A DNA stretch of 7,625 bases from Naegleria gruberi. Lineage: Eukaryota. Below, in pieces: positions 6,599-7,625 of this stretch. Each line of letters opens with the position of its first letter. The stretch's first letter is position 1. A program made the translations under genes and the position numbers. Below the pieces are notes generated by a model. That model had not been told where the DNA came from and did not search any database. It worked only from the letters and a program-made list of their open reading frames with translations. The DNA lies in assembly GCA_000004985.1 (NCBI GenBank), contig GG739123.1. One strand, 5' to 3'.

Positions 6599-7625
6599 AT
6601 GAGCTCCCTTAAGGTGTTGACAATCAGCAACTATCCTTACTATTGTCTGAAAAAAGCAGATGAGGAAAGAAGCACTCTATCACACTTACCGAGTACTCTT
6701 ATTACAACTGCAAAAACAGATATATTTCTAACAATGACTAGCCATGATATTCCTAACGGTACACTTGAATATCTTCATAAGCAAAATAACCTACGTATAA
6801 GCGCTCACGATGAGATTGAACAATTGGAGGAGTGGGTGGTAGTTTTATTAATATTGTCTGATTTAACTCAAGAGAAGGAAGAATCGTACAAGTTCGCCCA
6901 AACAGCATATTCCCAATCTAAACAATTATCTACTCAATATATGCACGGTTCTATTTGTAGATTAGCAATTAAAGAGTTTGAAAAGCATGAAGAGATGTTT
7001 GGTGAAAAAAGTAATGAAAAGTTAGTAAATCAAGCATTAGAAGTTTCATCAAAATCTAAAGATATGGTTGCTTCTCTATGTAGTTGTGCTTCTGCTTTTT
7101 ATTGGATTTACATGCGAACGGGACAATATGGTTGTTTAGCAGAAGATTATTGTTTGAAAGCCAGTTTATTTAATGCAAAATATGAAGGTTATTTGGTGGA
7201 GATTCAGGAAACACTCTACAACCTTTCAGATTTTGATGTTTTTCAACAACTTGCTAGAAAGAATGTAATGTTTGGTTTGAAAGATAAAATCGTGGTAAAG
7301 TATTGTAAAATGTTGAAAAAAAGACTCAGACAAAAGAACAAACCAAACTCTGGAAATCACGAAGAGGTGAAAAGCTTATTGGAAGAATGGGAAATGTGGC
7401 AAAACAAGAACACAAACGTATCAATGAAGGTCGAAACATTTATTCATGAAAATCAGGAACATTGGAGCGATAAATCATTGAATAATCTTATTCTTTCATC
7501 AGACCCTAATTTATATGTGATTAGTAGATTACTGGAAGAATATTACATTATTGGAAACCATGTATCACCAGAAAGTCAATTTCATTTAAATTATTTGTTT
7601 GTAAAACATTCATTAGGTAGAGCAA
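6599..7625 (+). CDS. 3'-partial-in-window CDS (342 codons from ATG 6599; alternative start ATG 6734; continues past 7625): hypothetical protein, function not recognisable
   Basis: I checked the frame codon by codon and it is open from the in-frame stop TAG at 6554-6556 to the window end. The first ATG at 6599 has an A-rich upstream context (cgaaaaaaaATGagc). A second in-frame ATG at 6734 (acaATGact) also has A at -3. The translation reads MSSLKVLTISNYPYYCLKKADEERSTLSHLPSTLITTAKTDIFLTMTSHDIPNGTLEYLHKQNNLRISAHDEIEQLEEWVVVLLILSDLTQEKEESYKFAQTAYSQSKQLSTQYMHGSICRLAIKEFEKHEEMFGEKSNEKLVNQALEVSSKSKDMVASLCSCASAFYWIYMRTGQYGCLAEDYCLKASLFNAKYEGYLVEIQETLYNLSDFDVFQQLARKNVMFGLKDKIVVKYCKMLKKRLRQKNKPNSGNHEEVKSLLEEWEMWQNKNTNVSMKVETFIHENQEHWSDKSLNNLILSSDPNLYVISRLLEEYYIIGNHVSPESQFHLNYLFVKHSLGRA... 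The composition is non-repetitive and globular-looking. It contains a basic patch, KMLKKRLRQKNKPN, that resembles a monopartite NLS. There are no canonical yeast intron signals (GTATGT, TACTAAC) in the span. The ORF track omits it because it has no in-window stop. Confidence 0.75.
   Translation, partial: MSSLKVLTISNYPYYCLKKADEERSTLSHLPSTLITTAKTDIFLTMTSHDIPNGTLEYLHKQNNLRISAHDEIEQLEEWVVVLLILSDLTQEKEESYKFAQTAYSQSKQLSTQYMHGSICRLAIKEFEKHEEMFGEKSNEKLVNQALEVSSKSKDMVASLCSCASAFYWIYMRTGQYGCLAEDYCLKASLFNAKYEGYLVEIQETLYNLSDFDVFQQLARKNVMFGLKDKIVVKYCKMLKKRLRQKNKPNSGNHEEVKSLLEEWEMWQNKNTNVSMKVETFIHENQEHWSDKSLNNLILSSDPNLYVISRLLEEYYIIGNHVSPESQFHLNYLFVKHSLGRA

Noticed and set aside
1-7625. Prokaryotic-style novel system (defence island, CRISPR array, operon with RBS, Rho-independent terminators)
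   Set aside because: Gene structure, AT-rich composition, A-rich Kozak-like start contexts, a TATA element, long low-complexity Ser/Thr/Asn coding and yeast-type codon usage all indicate a eukaryotic (yeast) nuclear locus. No repeat-spacer periodicity, no Shine-Dalgarno motifs and no tightly packed co-directional ORFs are present in the visible sequence.
1-7625. Spliceosomal introns interrupting either CDS
   Set aside because: No GTATGT 5' splice site or TACTAAC branch point occurs in either coding span, and both frames are continuously open. Yeast genes are mostly intronless.

Overview
Only about 2.9 kb of this 7,625-nt window is real sequence (positions 1-1488 and 6240-7625). Positions 1489-6239 are an uninterrupted run of 4,751 N, which is an assembly or scaffold gap. 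Both 1,600-aa ORFs in the supplied track (1466..6277 on the minus strand, 1478..6283 on the plus strand) are translations of that N run and are artefacts. The visible DNA is AT-rich and looks eukaryotic and budding-yeast-like. Codon usage (TTG/TTA Leu, AGA Arg, CCA Pro, GGT Gly) and near-absence of CTG codons are most consistent with a CTG-clade Candida-type yeast. That assignment is an inference. I can support two protein-coding genes. Both run off the window edges, so the ORF track, which apparently lists only ORFs closed inside the window, does not report either. The first is a minus-strand gene with its ATG at 915-917, open through position 1. It encodes the N-terminus of a Ser/Thr/Asn-rich low-complexity protein. 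The second is a plus-strand gene starting at 6599-6601 (alternative ATG at 6734), open through 7625. It encodes a protein I do not recognise. The two small plus-strand ORFs at 307..504 and 544..819 are antisense shadow ORFs inside the minus-strand gene. Between the minus-strand gene and the gap (918-1488) lies a promoter-like region. It contains a perfect palindromic TATA element, a two-unit heat-shock-element-like TTCTAGAA, an 18-bp near-palindrome, and a patch that looks GC-richer and abuts the gap. I find no CRISPR array, rRNA, tRNA, transposon, or prokaryotic operon or defence system in the visible sequence. If an unusual system exists in this window it would lie in the 4.75-kb gap and cannot be assessed. 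The visible part is an ordinary yeast-like gene-promoter-gap-promoter-gene region.
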